Shown piece after piece: positions 1-8,054 of a stretch of DNA of 29,945 nt. Each line of letters starts with the position of its first letter. Position 1 is the stretch's first letter. The stretch lies in IMG/VR virus record IMGVR_UViG_2671181114_000018, one strand, 5' to 3'. The position numbers and the translations under genes are program-made. This DNA comes from a virus. Lineage: Duplodnaviria; Heunggongvirae; Uroviricota; Caudoviricetes. Under the pieces are notes generated by a model. That model did not search any database. It was not told the DNA's origin and was given only the letters and a program-made list of their open reading frames with translations.

Positions 1-1365
1 TTATGGACGGAGGCAATACTCGGCAATTCGAAGCGCTGAAATGTGCTTTTCATGGATCATGTCGTTCCCGCATCCGCATTCATTCTCACATGGTTCTCGC
101 ACCCATACACCATCGCTATTTTTTCGGTAGAACCATCCAGGACGAAAACCTGCGTTCTGCATATACATCCCTGGGTGAACGACAACTAATTCACATACTT
201 CAATCAGGTCAGTCTCATGGCATATGATTCCAATTCCCTTCTGATACACGGCCTGAAAGTCTTTATTGACATGTTTTATTAGTTCATCTATCTCAAAAGC
301 GACGTAATTTTTTCCTTTAAGAAGCCGCTCTATCTTTGGCAAGCGCAATGGAGAATTGTCATTATCTGTACCAAAGAGAATTATGCTGGGTGAACTTATT
401 GTAACGCCGCCTGTTAATTCGCCTCTCATCGTTTCAATAGAGTCAAATAGCTCAGCTATTTTCCCACCACGATAGAAAGCAATACTAGGAGAAACGTTTT
501 TCACATAACTATCATGATATTCAGGTAATTCAAGTGACCGCTTGAATACAGGAATATCTATATTTGGATCCCTTAATTGTTCAACTTCCCGCCAAGGTAA
601 GTCTAATAACTCCTTGAGGATAGGATCCTCCGTAACTGACGGGAATAAGGAATTTGTATCAGTGATTGCATTCAATACGGCATATTGTTTTAAAAGTGAC
701 CGACTAGCTTTTATCTGTGCAATAAAGCAATTTTCTGGAACTGGCTCTCCATATAGCGGCCCTAGTAACCAAGCATCTTGGGCCTGCATTCTGGGTCGGA
801 AACCCTTAATTTCAATATCAGAAAGATCAACCAAACCAAGACGAGATGCTAGTGATTTATCTAGAATGTAGAGATATCCATCTCCATCTTCATAATAATA
901 CCTTACCGCTTTTTTTATCAGCCATATGGGGTTTTCATTACAGTCTTCGCACATGTCTATCTTTGGCGGTGGAGATGGTTTTATTGACAGTGAACATTTA
1001 TGACTCGCAAACCAAGCGGCAACTGCAGGGTTAGTGGTACAGTCAACATAGAATGATCTCCATCCATAGTGTTGTAACAGTGCCTGTACATATTCCAGAT
1101 CGTTTGCATGGCTACCAATTACTCCCTCAAGCACACTTGCAGCATAGCTAATCCACTTTATCATCGTTGACTTGTTACATTCATCGCGATCAAAAGAAGC
1201 AAGTACGGATGGTACCTCCTGCTTACCATAGAGAGAATTTTGACCTCGAAATAATACATTGTCACCAAACTGTGCAATTACAGCTTCCAGCTCACTAATA
1301 GTTCTGACCTCAAATTGTTCCAATTCTTCCCTCTCCCCTGAATTCGCAATCATGGCATCTTGCAC
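1..1365 (-). CDS. Hypothetical accessory protein with N-terminal FRG-like motif and Cys-rich C-terminus (candidate defence/cargo gene)
   Basis: Complete 454-aa ORF (stop = revcomp of nt 1-3). Contains 'VLFRGQNSLYGK' near the N-terminus, which I recall as the FRG domain signature, and Cys clusters (CEDCNENP; PCENECGCGNDMIHEKH). Visibly AT-rich compared with the phage structural genes. Function not known from sequence. Confidence 0.45.
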   Translation of the reverse strand: MQDAMIANSGEREELEQFEVRTISELEAVIAQFGDNVLFRGQNSLYGKQEVPSVLASFDRDECNKSTMIKWISYAASVLEGVIGSHANDLEYVQALLQHYGWRSFYVDCTTNPAVAAWFASHKCSLSIKPSPPPKIDMCEDCNENPIWLIKKAVRYYYEDGDGYLYILDKSLASRLGLVDLSDIEIKGFRPRMQAQDAWLLGPLYGEPVPENCFIAQIKASRSLLKQYAVLNAITDTNSLFPSVTEDPILKELLDLPWREVEQLRDPNIDIPVFKRSLELPEYHDSYVKNVSPSIAFYRGGKIAELFDSIETMRGELTGGVTISSPSIILFGTDNDNSPLRLPKIERLLKGKNYVAFEIDELIKHVNKDFQAVYQKGIGIICHETDLIEVCELVVVHPGMYMQNAGFRPGWFYRKNSDGVWVREPCENECGCGNDMIHEKHISALRIAEYCLRP

Positions 1366-1439
1366 GCAAAATTTATGAACACCGACTCTAGTACTATGTT
1401 AACAAATGTATCAAAAACTTCCCCTGTCATTTGAGTTAG

Positions 1440-1728
1440 CCATCGGAAAACCATCACAACCATCACGCCTCTTAAAATCATATCTTAACCACATGAATAA
1501 TATAGATAAATGTTGTGACGGTAAAACCATCACAAAACATAACGTAAACCGTCACACCCAATAAATTCAGTAAGTTATAAAACAGAGTTGTGATGATTTA
1601 AGACCGTCACACTGTGATGCTGTTGTGATAGTTTTGTGATGGTTTTCAATACCATTATTTACTTATATATATCATATAGATAGATACTATTATTAAATTT
1701 TGTGACGTTTGTGACGGTTTTCCGATGG
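1440..1728. repeat. Iteron-like array: about 12 copies of octamer TGTGA(C/T)GG / CC(A/G)TCACA in both orientations, bounded by 19-bp inverted repeats, with an AT-rich core
   Basis: Read directly: arms ccatcggaaaaccatcaca (1440-1458) and tgtgacggttttccgatgg (1710-1728) are reverse complements with one mismatch. Octamers at about 1451, 1460, 1514, 1526, 1549, 1589, 1604, 1613, 1624, 1635, 1701, 1710. AT-rich stretch around 1650-1700. No ORF of 60 aa or more in the region. Confidence 0.8.
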
Positions 1729-2345
1729 TCCCCCTCAATTTTTGAAAAAATCAGAATCGGTCAGAAATCACCCTGATTTGTTGGTAGTTTTGTATATCTA
1801 TCTGTTAGTGACTTGAACACTGGAGCGTATACGTTAATGCAGGTATGGCGATGGTTCAGGCTGTGCAAAGTATTTCAGTTCCGCATTTCACTGCCATTCC
1901 GCGCCAGAGCACGTCAGTTAAGGCCTGGACACTTCCACGCACTGACCTGATCTCGCTGCGACCATTACGTAAAAAGTCACGTAATCGCTGTTGTTCCCGC
2001 ATGTAATCAGGCTCCGATATTTTTCATCCACAGCCGGCAATCACACAAAAACTGAAATCCTCGAAATCTGTTTCACACATTTCAGTTGGCGAACTACTGC
2101 CAAAGCCCCAGCGCTGGCGCGGTCTGGCGATGTGTTTTGTACCACCGGAAAAACTGAAATCATTCTCAACACGAAAACCGCAGGCGGGTGCGGTGTAGCG
2201 CCGTTTTCGTCACTTCCGCCGTTATTTCGTCGTGGCAGGCTGCATCAGCGCCTTGCTGCGCTTCTGAAGTTAATCAGGTTGGGATGAACGGGTGCAGATA
2301 ATTGCGGCGCTCAGAATGCGTCTGGTGAGGTCTGGGAATGGGTAC

Positions 2346-2370
2346 AAAAAAGCCCGCATTATGCGCGGGC
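2346..2370 (-). terminator. Rho-independent terminator closing the minus-strand late (tail) operon
   Basis: Plus strand aaaaaa-gcccgc-attatgc-gcgggc: 6-bp GC stem (2352-2357 / 2365-2370) with 7-nt loop. On the minus strand the hairpin is followed by TTTTTT, 12 nt after the stop of the 2382-4085 gene. Confidence 0.6.
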
Positions 2371-2381
2371 TGATGGGATGA

Positions 2382-4085
2382 TCAGGCGATTATCTTCTGG
2401 TACTTACTCCGGGTCTGACCTGCCTTCTCCGCCGTCTGTGTGAATGCGCCGGCATTGGTTGGCGTACCAACGCTGGGGTGTGAATGGCTCGCACACTGCT
2501 GCGCCAGCTCGGCCAGTAAATCAATGGTGTCCAGCATCATGGTCAGCGTGTTAACGCTCTCACTGCCAATATGGACGGTTGGCCCCATAATCTGCTGACC
2601 GCCCGATGCCACCGATTTACGTAATGCAGCAATCTTTTCTGTCAGGGTTCCCCCCACATCAACATCCACGGCACCGGCCACTTTCGTGGATTGTTTGCCG
2701 GTTATATCGGCTTCGTCATTCCCCTCAATGCTGGCCAATCTGTTGCCCTTCACGGCCTGGCTATAATCACCGGCACTGACCTGCTGAATGGCTCCGGCCA
2801 TCAGGGTGGCGGTACCCAGCACCGTGGTTTTATCAGTGGCTTTAACTGTCGTTTCACGGCTGACCAGATCACGCTGTTCTGTATCGGCTTTAACCGTCCG
2901 CGCCATCGATGTTTCGCTGATGGTCTGATCGGTCTGCCGTACCCAATCGCCAGCCTGGGTAACGCGCTGCGACACTTCAGCCCGCTGCTGTTGCAGCTGC
3001 TCACCGGGCTTAACATCCGGCAGGCTGGTACCATCCGGCAGTGTCTGCCTGATAAACGGTTTATCAGGTCGCCCCCCGGTAAACGCAACTTCAACCAGCG
3101 TCCCTTCTGGCGGGAACTGGAACATGCCAGAGTCATTCCCGGCCATAGGTACCGGCAGCGGCACCGCTGAATAAACCGGCGTCTGGTTGTCCGGGTTGCC
3201 GTCTGCATCAAGCAGCTGCACATCAACGGCATAGCGCGGCCGGAACGGATCGGCAAAATTACCACTTTTCACAGTCTCACTGGGTGCCACCACTCTGGCC
3301 AGTTTTGGCAGGTGCAGCCCGGAAGCCAGTTCCGGGTAATGGCTTTCAATCTGGCGCTGTGCCGGTGTTTTCTGTAATGGCTGACCTGTTGCGCGGTTTC
3401 TGGGTGTCCAGGTGATGGCCATGGTGTCATTGGTCAGATGAACTTTGGTCACGCGTTCTCCGTTCAGCTCCACACCCGGCCGCAGACTCTGGATCACTGG
3501 CAGCGTCATGGAATGACCGCCAGCCGCCCCCTGGCTGAACTCTGCCGGGATATCAACCGGACGATCGGCGAACATCGCTTTTTCCGCGCCGCCCACATAC
3601 AGGGAACCATCCGGCAACTGGTACCAGATGTAATCCGGGATACTGAATGCTTTGCCCAGATTATTCAGCAACTGATAGCCAGTGCCATTGTGGGTGAAAT
3701 GGGGGATCGGCTTATCGCTGTATGGGGCATCCGGCACACTGACAGCAATTCCGCTGTTTTCCTCCAGCCAGATGGCTACCTTGCGCAAAGTGGGATGCTG
3801 AAATGAACATGGCCACATCCTTTCAAATACGCCGACCAGCTCGCGCACAAACAGACGCTGAAAACCGTTTTCGGCGGGTTGTGCGCGTTCCACATAGCCG
3901 GTAAACCAGCGCAAAAGCAGATCGGAATAACCCACATCCAGCCGCACCAGTTTCCCGGTGTAATCCGTGGCTGTCTGTGCGGTGATAAACCCCCGGCCAC
4001 AGCTGCTCAGCTCCAGCACCAGGCTGGCATCAGCCAGATGAACTTCATCCGTTGAAAGGTACAGGCGTTTAACTGGTTTCATCAT
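2382..4085 (-). CDS. Baseplate central hub-spike protein (gpV/gp5-type OB-fold domain with N-terminal extension; VgrG-like arrangement)
   Basis: 567 aa, last gene of the late operon. 'EGTLVEVAFTGGRPDKPFI' resembles the gpV/gp5/VgrG OB-fold signature (xVLVxFxxGDxDRPxV); C-terminal 'CASHSHP' resembles the HxH metal-binding spike apex. From memory; no HMM run. Confidence 0.5.
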   Translation of the reverse strand: MMKPVKRLYLSTDEVHLADASLVLELSSCGRGFITAQTATDYTGKLVRLDVGYSDLLLRWFTGYVERAQPAENGFQRLFVRELVGVFERMWPCSFQHPTLRKVAIWLEENSGIAVSVPDAPYSDKPIPHFTHNGTGYQLLNNLGKAFSIPDYIWYQLPDGSLYVGGAEKAMFADRPVDIPAEFSQGAAGGHSMTLPVIQSLRPGVELNGERVTKVHLTNDTMAITWTPRNRATGQPLQKTPAQRQIESHYPELASGLHLPKLARVVAPSETVKSGNFADPFRPRYAVDVQLLDADGNPDNQTPVYSAVPLPVPMAGNDSGMFQFPPEGTLVEVAFTGGRPDKPFIRQTLPDGTSLPDVKPGEQLQQQRAEVSQRVTQAGDWVRQTDQTISETSMARTVKADTEQRDLVSRETTVKATDKTTVLGTATLMAGAIQQVSAGDYSQAVKGNRLASIEGNDEADITGKQSTKVAGAVDVDVGGTLTEKIAALRKSVASGGQQIMGPTVHIGSESVNTLTMMLDTIDLLAELAQQCASHSHPSVGTPTNAGAFTQTAEKAGQTRSKYQKIIA

Positions 4086-4630
4086 TAACCCAAAGCATCA
4101 TTGACGGGTTTCAGCACCCGTTTTTCAAACCACGTCAGTTTTTCTTCATCTTCTCCAGCGCTCTGGCCGCCAGGCTGTCCGGCATTACCGGCCGTCTGTT
4201 TTTTGGCAGACGTTTTACCTGTTGCCCTGGCTTCCCGTTTTTCCTGCACGCTGATATGTTCTGCCAGCGTAAACGTGACCAGCCAGGCCATTTTCCCGTC
4301 CTGCTGCGAGGCATCTAGCATTCCGCTGAATGTCGCCTCACGAAAATTCACGGCTCTGGCCACTTCATGCGCCACGCGGTATTTCTGGCGGTTGCCTCCG
4401 GCATCCGTGGCACTGGCCAGTTCGAAAATACGCTTCAGGATCTCCGGGCTTTTAAGCGGAATTTCGCCACTGATACGCAGCTCTTTCCCTTTTGCCCCCT
4501 GTTCTGATTTGGTTGTGGCACTTGTCTGGCCGGACTGGTCTTTATCCTGAAACTGCTGCGAGACGGTCACGCGCATGTTTTTCAGCTGGATAGCCTCACC
4601 ATTAAGCGCCAGCGTTGGGATCGAAGTCAT
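4085..4630 (-). CDS. Hypothetical tail/baseplate-associated protein
   Basis: 181-aa ORF, start overlapping the next gene's stop inside the tail operon. No motif recognised; assignment by operon context only. Confidence 0.3.
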   Translation of the reverse strand: MTSIPTLALNGEAIQLKNMRVTVSQQFQDKDQSGQTSATTKSEQGAKGKELRISGEIPLKSPEILKRIFELASATDAGGNRQKYRVAHEVARAVNFREATFSGMLDASQQDGKMAWLVTFTLAEHISVQEKREARATGKTSAKKQTAGNAGQPGGQSAGEDEEKLTWFEKRVLKPVNDALG

Positions 4631-5327
4631 GAATCATTCCCTTTATTCCATCCAGATTGTCACCGACCAGCATCACCGCCGCAGTGTAGACGGCTGACGG
4701 TTGCGGGATATCCTTTACCAGTTCCAGCAGCGTGGTGGCCGTATCACCGGTGCTGGTAAACACCCATGCTCTGGCACTTTTCCCCTGCAAATCATTCAGC
4801 CCGCTGGCCACATCACTGATCAGGTTGTCGCGCAGCTGCGTGAACTCACCCAGTTGCTGCTTTAGTCCGTCCAGGCTGAATCCCGCACTGGCCGCTTTTT
4901 GTGCCTGGCTGACAGCCGCCGCAGACAATGCCGCCCTGCTGGTTGGCACAGACAGCGGAATGGCCACCGGCAACCCCGCCCCGGCTTTAGCGGGGATCTG
5001 CATTTTTTCGATGGCCAGCGCCGCTGCGGATTGTGCCAGGCGTTTTACCTGAGTGAATGCCGGTGCCGGGAAAACATCGACCAGACCGTTGAGACGGGTC
5101 ATAAAATTCTCATGCGTCTGGCCTGTCACCATCATGATCATCACATCGGCATTCCCGCCCGTTCCGGTAAGCCTTTCAGCAAGATAGCTAACAGCATTCA
5201 CCGGGCTGAGATATGCCCCGTTATCCGTCTGTTGCCCCAGACCGTTTATCCATGGATGCGCCGGAACTATGGAACAATTCAGCGCGGCCAGTGAGTCAGT
5301 AAACGCCAGACGCGCTTCACGCCACAT
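4602..5327 (-). CDS. Hypothetical tail/baseplate-associated protein
   Basis: 241-aa ORF between the fibre chaperone and the hub-spike gene, co-oriented and overlapping. No motif recognised; true start may be internal. Confidence 0.3.
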   Translation of the reverse strand: MWREARLAFTDSLAALNCSIVPAHPWINGLGQQTDNGAYLSPVNAVSYLAERLTGTGGNADVMIMMVTGQTHENFMTRLNGLVDVFPAPAFTQVKRLAQSAAALAIEKMQIPAKAGAGLPVAIPLSVPTSRAALSAAAVSQAQKAASAGFSLDGLKQQLGEFTQLRDNLISDVASGLNDLQGKSARAWVFTSTGDTATTLLELVKDIPQPSAVYTAAVMLVGDNLDGIKGMIHDFDPNAGA

Positions 5328-5661
5328 CAGGCACCTCTGGCCAGAAAGGATCCGAAGTATCCACCCTGTTCACCATGACGCTATATCGCTCCCACGCATC
5401 CAGAAGCAGGATCTCTTTTTCGGTCGCCATACCAAGTCTTACAGACCTTTCAAGCAGGGCTATGACAGAATTCGCCTCAGCCAGAAGACGAGATTTATCA
5501 CTCTCAGCCTGCTCCTTTATCTGTTCCGCTGTAAGGGGCTTATTCAGTATTGCCTTCGCTTCCTCTTCAGTTATCGCAATTAACCCGCGGCGGTAGTATT
5601 TTTTATCAGCATCATCTTCATAAGCGTAAATTTCATTTTTACTCGTTTTAAAATACTTCAT
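5317..5661 (-). CDS. Tail fibre assembly chaperone (Tfa; P2 G / Mu U-like)
   Basis: 114 aa directly downstream of the fibre gene (3-nt gap); size and C-terminal '...DPFWPEVPDVA' typical of the enterobacterial Tfa family. Confidence 0.7.
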   Translation of the reverse strand: MKYFKTSKNEIYAYEDDADKKYYRRGLIAITEEEAKAILNKPLTAEQIKEQAESDKSRLLAEANSVIALLERSVRLGMATEKEILLLDAWERYSVMVNRVDTSDPFWPEVPDVA

Positions 5662-5663
5662 CG

Positions 5664-7451
5664 TTATCTTAACTCCGTCCAGGCCCTCAATATCGTAGAG
5701 ACACCAGAAACATCAACCCGGTAGGTAAAGCCCGGTGGGACAATGAAAAACGCGGTTGCAAGCGATGTGTCTAAAGCGGTTGCACCACCACCACCAAATT
5801 CAATCCCATTGATATAAGCATAAAGGTTTGCTGACGTTCCCCCAGTAATTCGGACATATACTGCTATCGGAAACCCTGTGGAATTGGTGTATGTCACCCC
5901 GGTTCCACGAGATGATTTTAAATCCTGTAATGTTTGCCCTTTACCTAGAGATGGGTAAGTTTGTATTGCAGTAGTTACTGCCGCCTGCGGCATGACTAAA
6001 GAATTTGATCCCCCCATTGAATTAACAAGCTGAACAAGACCTGCATTTGTGATAGTTGCCCCGTCCGCTGTGTATTTTGACTGCGCCAGTTCATATGCAG
6101 ATTGCGCCTGTTTCAGCACATAATTTACAGCGGTGGTGGTGGCAGCGGTTTTTGAATCAGGCGCACCTGTATTGTCACTGAGCATGACAATACCTTTCTG
6201 CGACGTTGTCGCTTCAACTGCACTCCATTTCTTTTTAGCAATTTCCGCTGCGGCCATTGCCGTGTCATAAGCAATTTTTACCGCACCTGACGTTGCAGCA
6301 GTCTCGTTACTTTCATCTGTTACTCCACCATTAAGACGAACCAGCCCCTTTTGTGAGGTAGAAGCATCGTAAATACCTATGTTTTGCCTGAATAATGCAG
6401 GGTTAAGGATATCCCCACCATTCCGCTCTTTAGCAAGACGCGCATTGGCATTATCCATCGCGATTTTGACTGCTTTCGGTGTAGCGGCCTGTCCTTCACT
6501 AGTGCTGTCTGTCGCGCTGCTTAACTGGGTGAATCCCTTCGCGCTGGTCGTGGCATCAGGATGATTTCGGGACTGCTCATGCTTTTTAAGCGCATCGCTG
6601 GCCTGTTGTTCGTTCAGCGTCCCTTTGGGCCGTAAATCCGTGATATTGCCATTCACATCAATGCTGGCCACGGCAAACACATAATGCTGTACGCCGTTCT
6701 GCACGTAATCCGTCAGGTTTTCCGCCACGGTGATTTTGCACTGAGCATTCCACATACTGGTAAGCGATCCTGTCCAGCACACATCCAGCCAGACTTTGAC
6801 CGGTTTTGTCGTCACGGTGATATTCTGATTGTCAGCCAGTGACGTACGCAGTCCTGCCACATAGCCGGTACCTTTGGTCACAAAGAACTGATTGCCCGTT
6901 TTACTGACCAGCCAGCCATCGCCAAAGAATGCCGCAGCCCCGTAAATATCCGTGTTTTCCAGGCGCTGACGTTCATCCATTCCGGCCATTCGCGCCGTGA
7001 AATCAATCTGCCAGGTCTCAGCCGGTGTATTAATCCCGGTTTCAGTCTGTGCGCCGTTGTACTCCATCAGAAACGAGCGGGTAAGCACGTTCCCCTGTTG
7101 CCCTTCCGCTGTTTTCAGCTTCTGCTGCACAGGCGCATGAACAATCATGGCCAGGGTGCCACTGGCCTTATTCAGCAGACCGATCCAGTTAAAACTGAAG
7201 TCGCCCACATCCGCGCCCAGAACGGTGGAATACACCACGCCGTTTTCATTCACCACGCCAGTGCGGGTAACAGGCTGCCGGTGCACAATCTGCTCCACAG
7301 GTGGCAGTGCTTCATTCCGGTCAACGGGTGTATCCGGGTTCAGTCCTGGCACATTTGCAAACACAAATTCATCCAGTAACACCGGCTCGCCGGTTGCACC
7401 CTGCTGCGCTTTCCAGTGCTCAAATGCCAGCGTGATAGCTGTCTGTGACAT
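5664..7451 (-). CDS. Tail fibre protein (P2 H-like central motif)
   Basis: 595 aa; internal 'HEQSRNHPDATTSAKGFTQLSSATDSTSEGQAATPKAVKIA' matches the conserved P2 gpH-family motif (HEQSRRHPDA..AKGFTQLSSATNSTSETLAATPKAVK) as I recall it. Followed by Tfa. Confidence 0.8.
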   Translation of the reverse strand: MSQTAITLAFEHWKAQQGATGEPVLLDEFVFANVPGLNPDTPVDRNEALPPVEQIVHRQPVTRTGVVNENGVVYSTVLGADVGDFSFNWIGLLNKASGTLAMIVHAPVQQKLKTAEGQQGNVLTRSFLMEYNGAQTETGINTPAETWQIDFTARMAGMDERQRLENTDIYGAAAFFGDGWLVSKTGNQFFVTKGTGYVAGLRTSLADNQNITVTTKPVKVWLDVCWTGSLTSMWNAQCKITVAENLTDYVQNGVQHYVFAVASIDVNGNITDLRPKGTLNEQQASDALKKHEQSRNHPDATTSAKGFTQLSSATDSTSEGQAATPKAVKIAMDNANARLAKERNGGDILNPALFRQNIGIYDASTSQKGLVRLNGGVTDESNETAATSGAVKIAYDTAMAAAEIAKKKWSAVEATTSQKGIVMLSDNTGAPDSKTAATTTAVNYVLKQAQSAYELAQSKYTADGATITNAGLVQLVNSMGGSNSLVMPQAAVTTAIQTYPSLGKGQTLQDLKSSRGTGVTYTNSTGFPIAVYVRITGGTSANLYAYINGIEFGGGGATALDTSLATAFFIVPPGFTYRVDVSGVSTILRAWTELR

Positions 7452-7460
7452 AAAAACTCC

Positions 7461-8054
7461 TTACAAACCTGCGCTGAATGTCGCGCTTCGGGTTTCCGTC
7501 CCTGCTAACGAAGCCGGATAAACCACATATTCCCCCTGATCCCATCCGGCTCTGATAACCATTTTTTCCGATGTGATCACCTCAAACTGATAACGACGGC
7601 ATGTTCGCCCGTACTGCCGGATTATCTGGATAAGCAGCTGCGTGTTGTCCGCTATCTGGCTGTCTGTCACACGTACCAGGAGCACATCCCAGTCAATACC
7701 CGGCTGACGCTCCCGCAGCTCCACATATCCAATGCCCAGCCGTTCAAAGATGTTGATAAATCCCTCAACGGAACCGGCATCACGCGCATTCACGAAGGCA
7801 AACGCCACCCGTTTGCGGAACAGACTCAATGGCTCACCATCAAAGCGGGTTATGTCCCGGTCATACGCCAGCAGGTTCAGTAATGCCGGTGTGCAGGTCA
7901 GCGGATCAAACTGGTTCAGTGGCCAGGTTATCCAGCCGTAAACCTCCGCCCAGAATCGCCGGGCTGTTTTCAGCAGCTTGTTCGGCTCCCCCTGATTCAT
8001 CCAGGAAGGCAGCACCATCCCGGCCAGCTTTTTCATGAACTCATTCATTCTCAA
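7461..8054 (-). CDS. Baseplate/tail protein (Mu gp48-like, DUF2313 / P2 I-position)
   Basis: 197 aa between the J-like gene and the fibre gene, the conserved position of the P2 gpI / Mu gp48 / YmfQ family. Synteny-based. Confidence 0.5.
   Translation of the reverse strand: MRMNEFMKKLAGMVLPSWMNQGEPNKLLKTARRFWAEVYGWITWPLNQFDPLTCTPALLNLLAYDRDITRFDGEPLSLFRKRVAFAFVNARDAGSVEGFINIFERLGIGYVELRERQPGIDWDVLLVRVTDSQIADNTQLLIQIIRQYGRTCRRYQFEVITSEKMVIRAGWDQGEYVVYPASLAGTETRSATFSAGL

Noticed and set aside
3-227. 74-aa plus-strand ORF at the window start
   Set aside because: Antisense to and embedded in the 454-aa FRG-motif gene; no independent support.
1440-1728. Possible CRISPR array because of the many short repeats
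   Set aside because: Repeat unit is only 8 bp, occurs in both orientations with irregular spacing, and no cas genes are nearby; iterons or operators are the better reading.
1991-2287. 98-aa plus-strand ORF in the spacer upstream of the late-operon terminator
   Set aside because: No obvious RBS, odd composition, and convergent with the operon terminator; more likely non-coding or a gene remnant (reported as a finding on the region instead).
2346-2370. Left attachment site (attL) because of aaaaaagcccg similarity to the P2 core
   Set aside because: Similarity is limited to the A-run and a short GC stem and is in inverted rather than direct orientation relative to the right core at 29447-29469; read as a terminator.
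2691-3806. Several ORFs of 120-160 aa on both strands (2691-3170 +, 2801-3265 -, 3438-3806 +) inside the hub-spike gene
   Set aside because: Fully embedded in or antisense to a much longer, operon-consistent ORF; low-complexity Arg/Cys/Pro-rich translations typical of off-frame reading.
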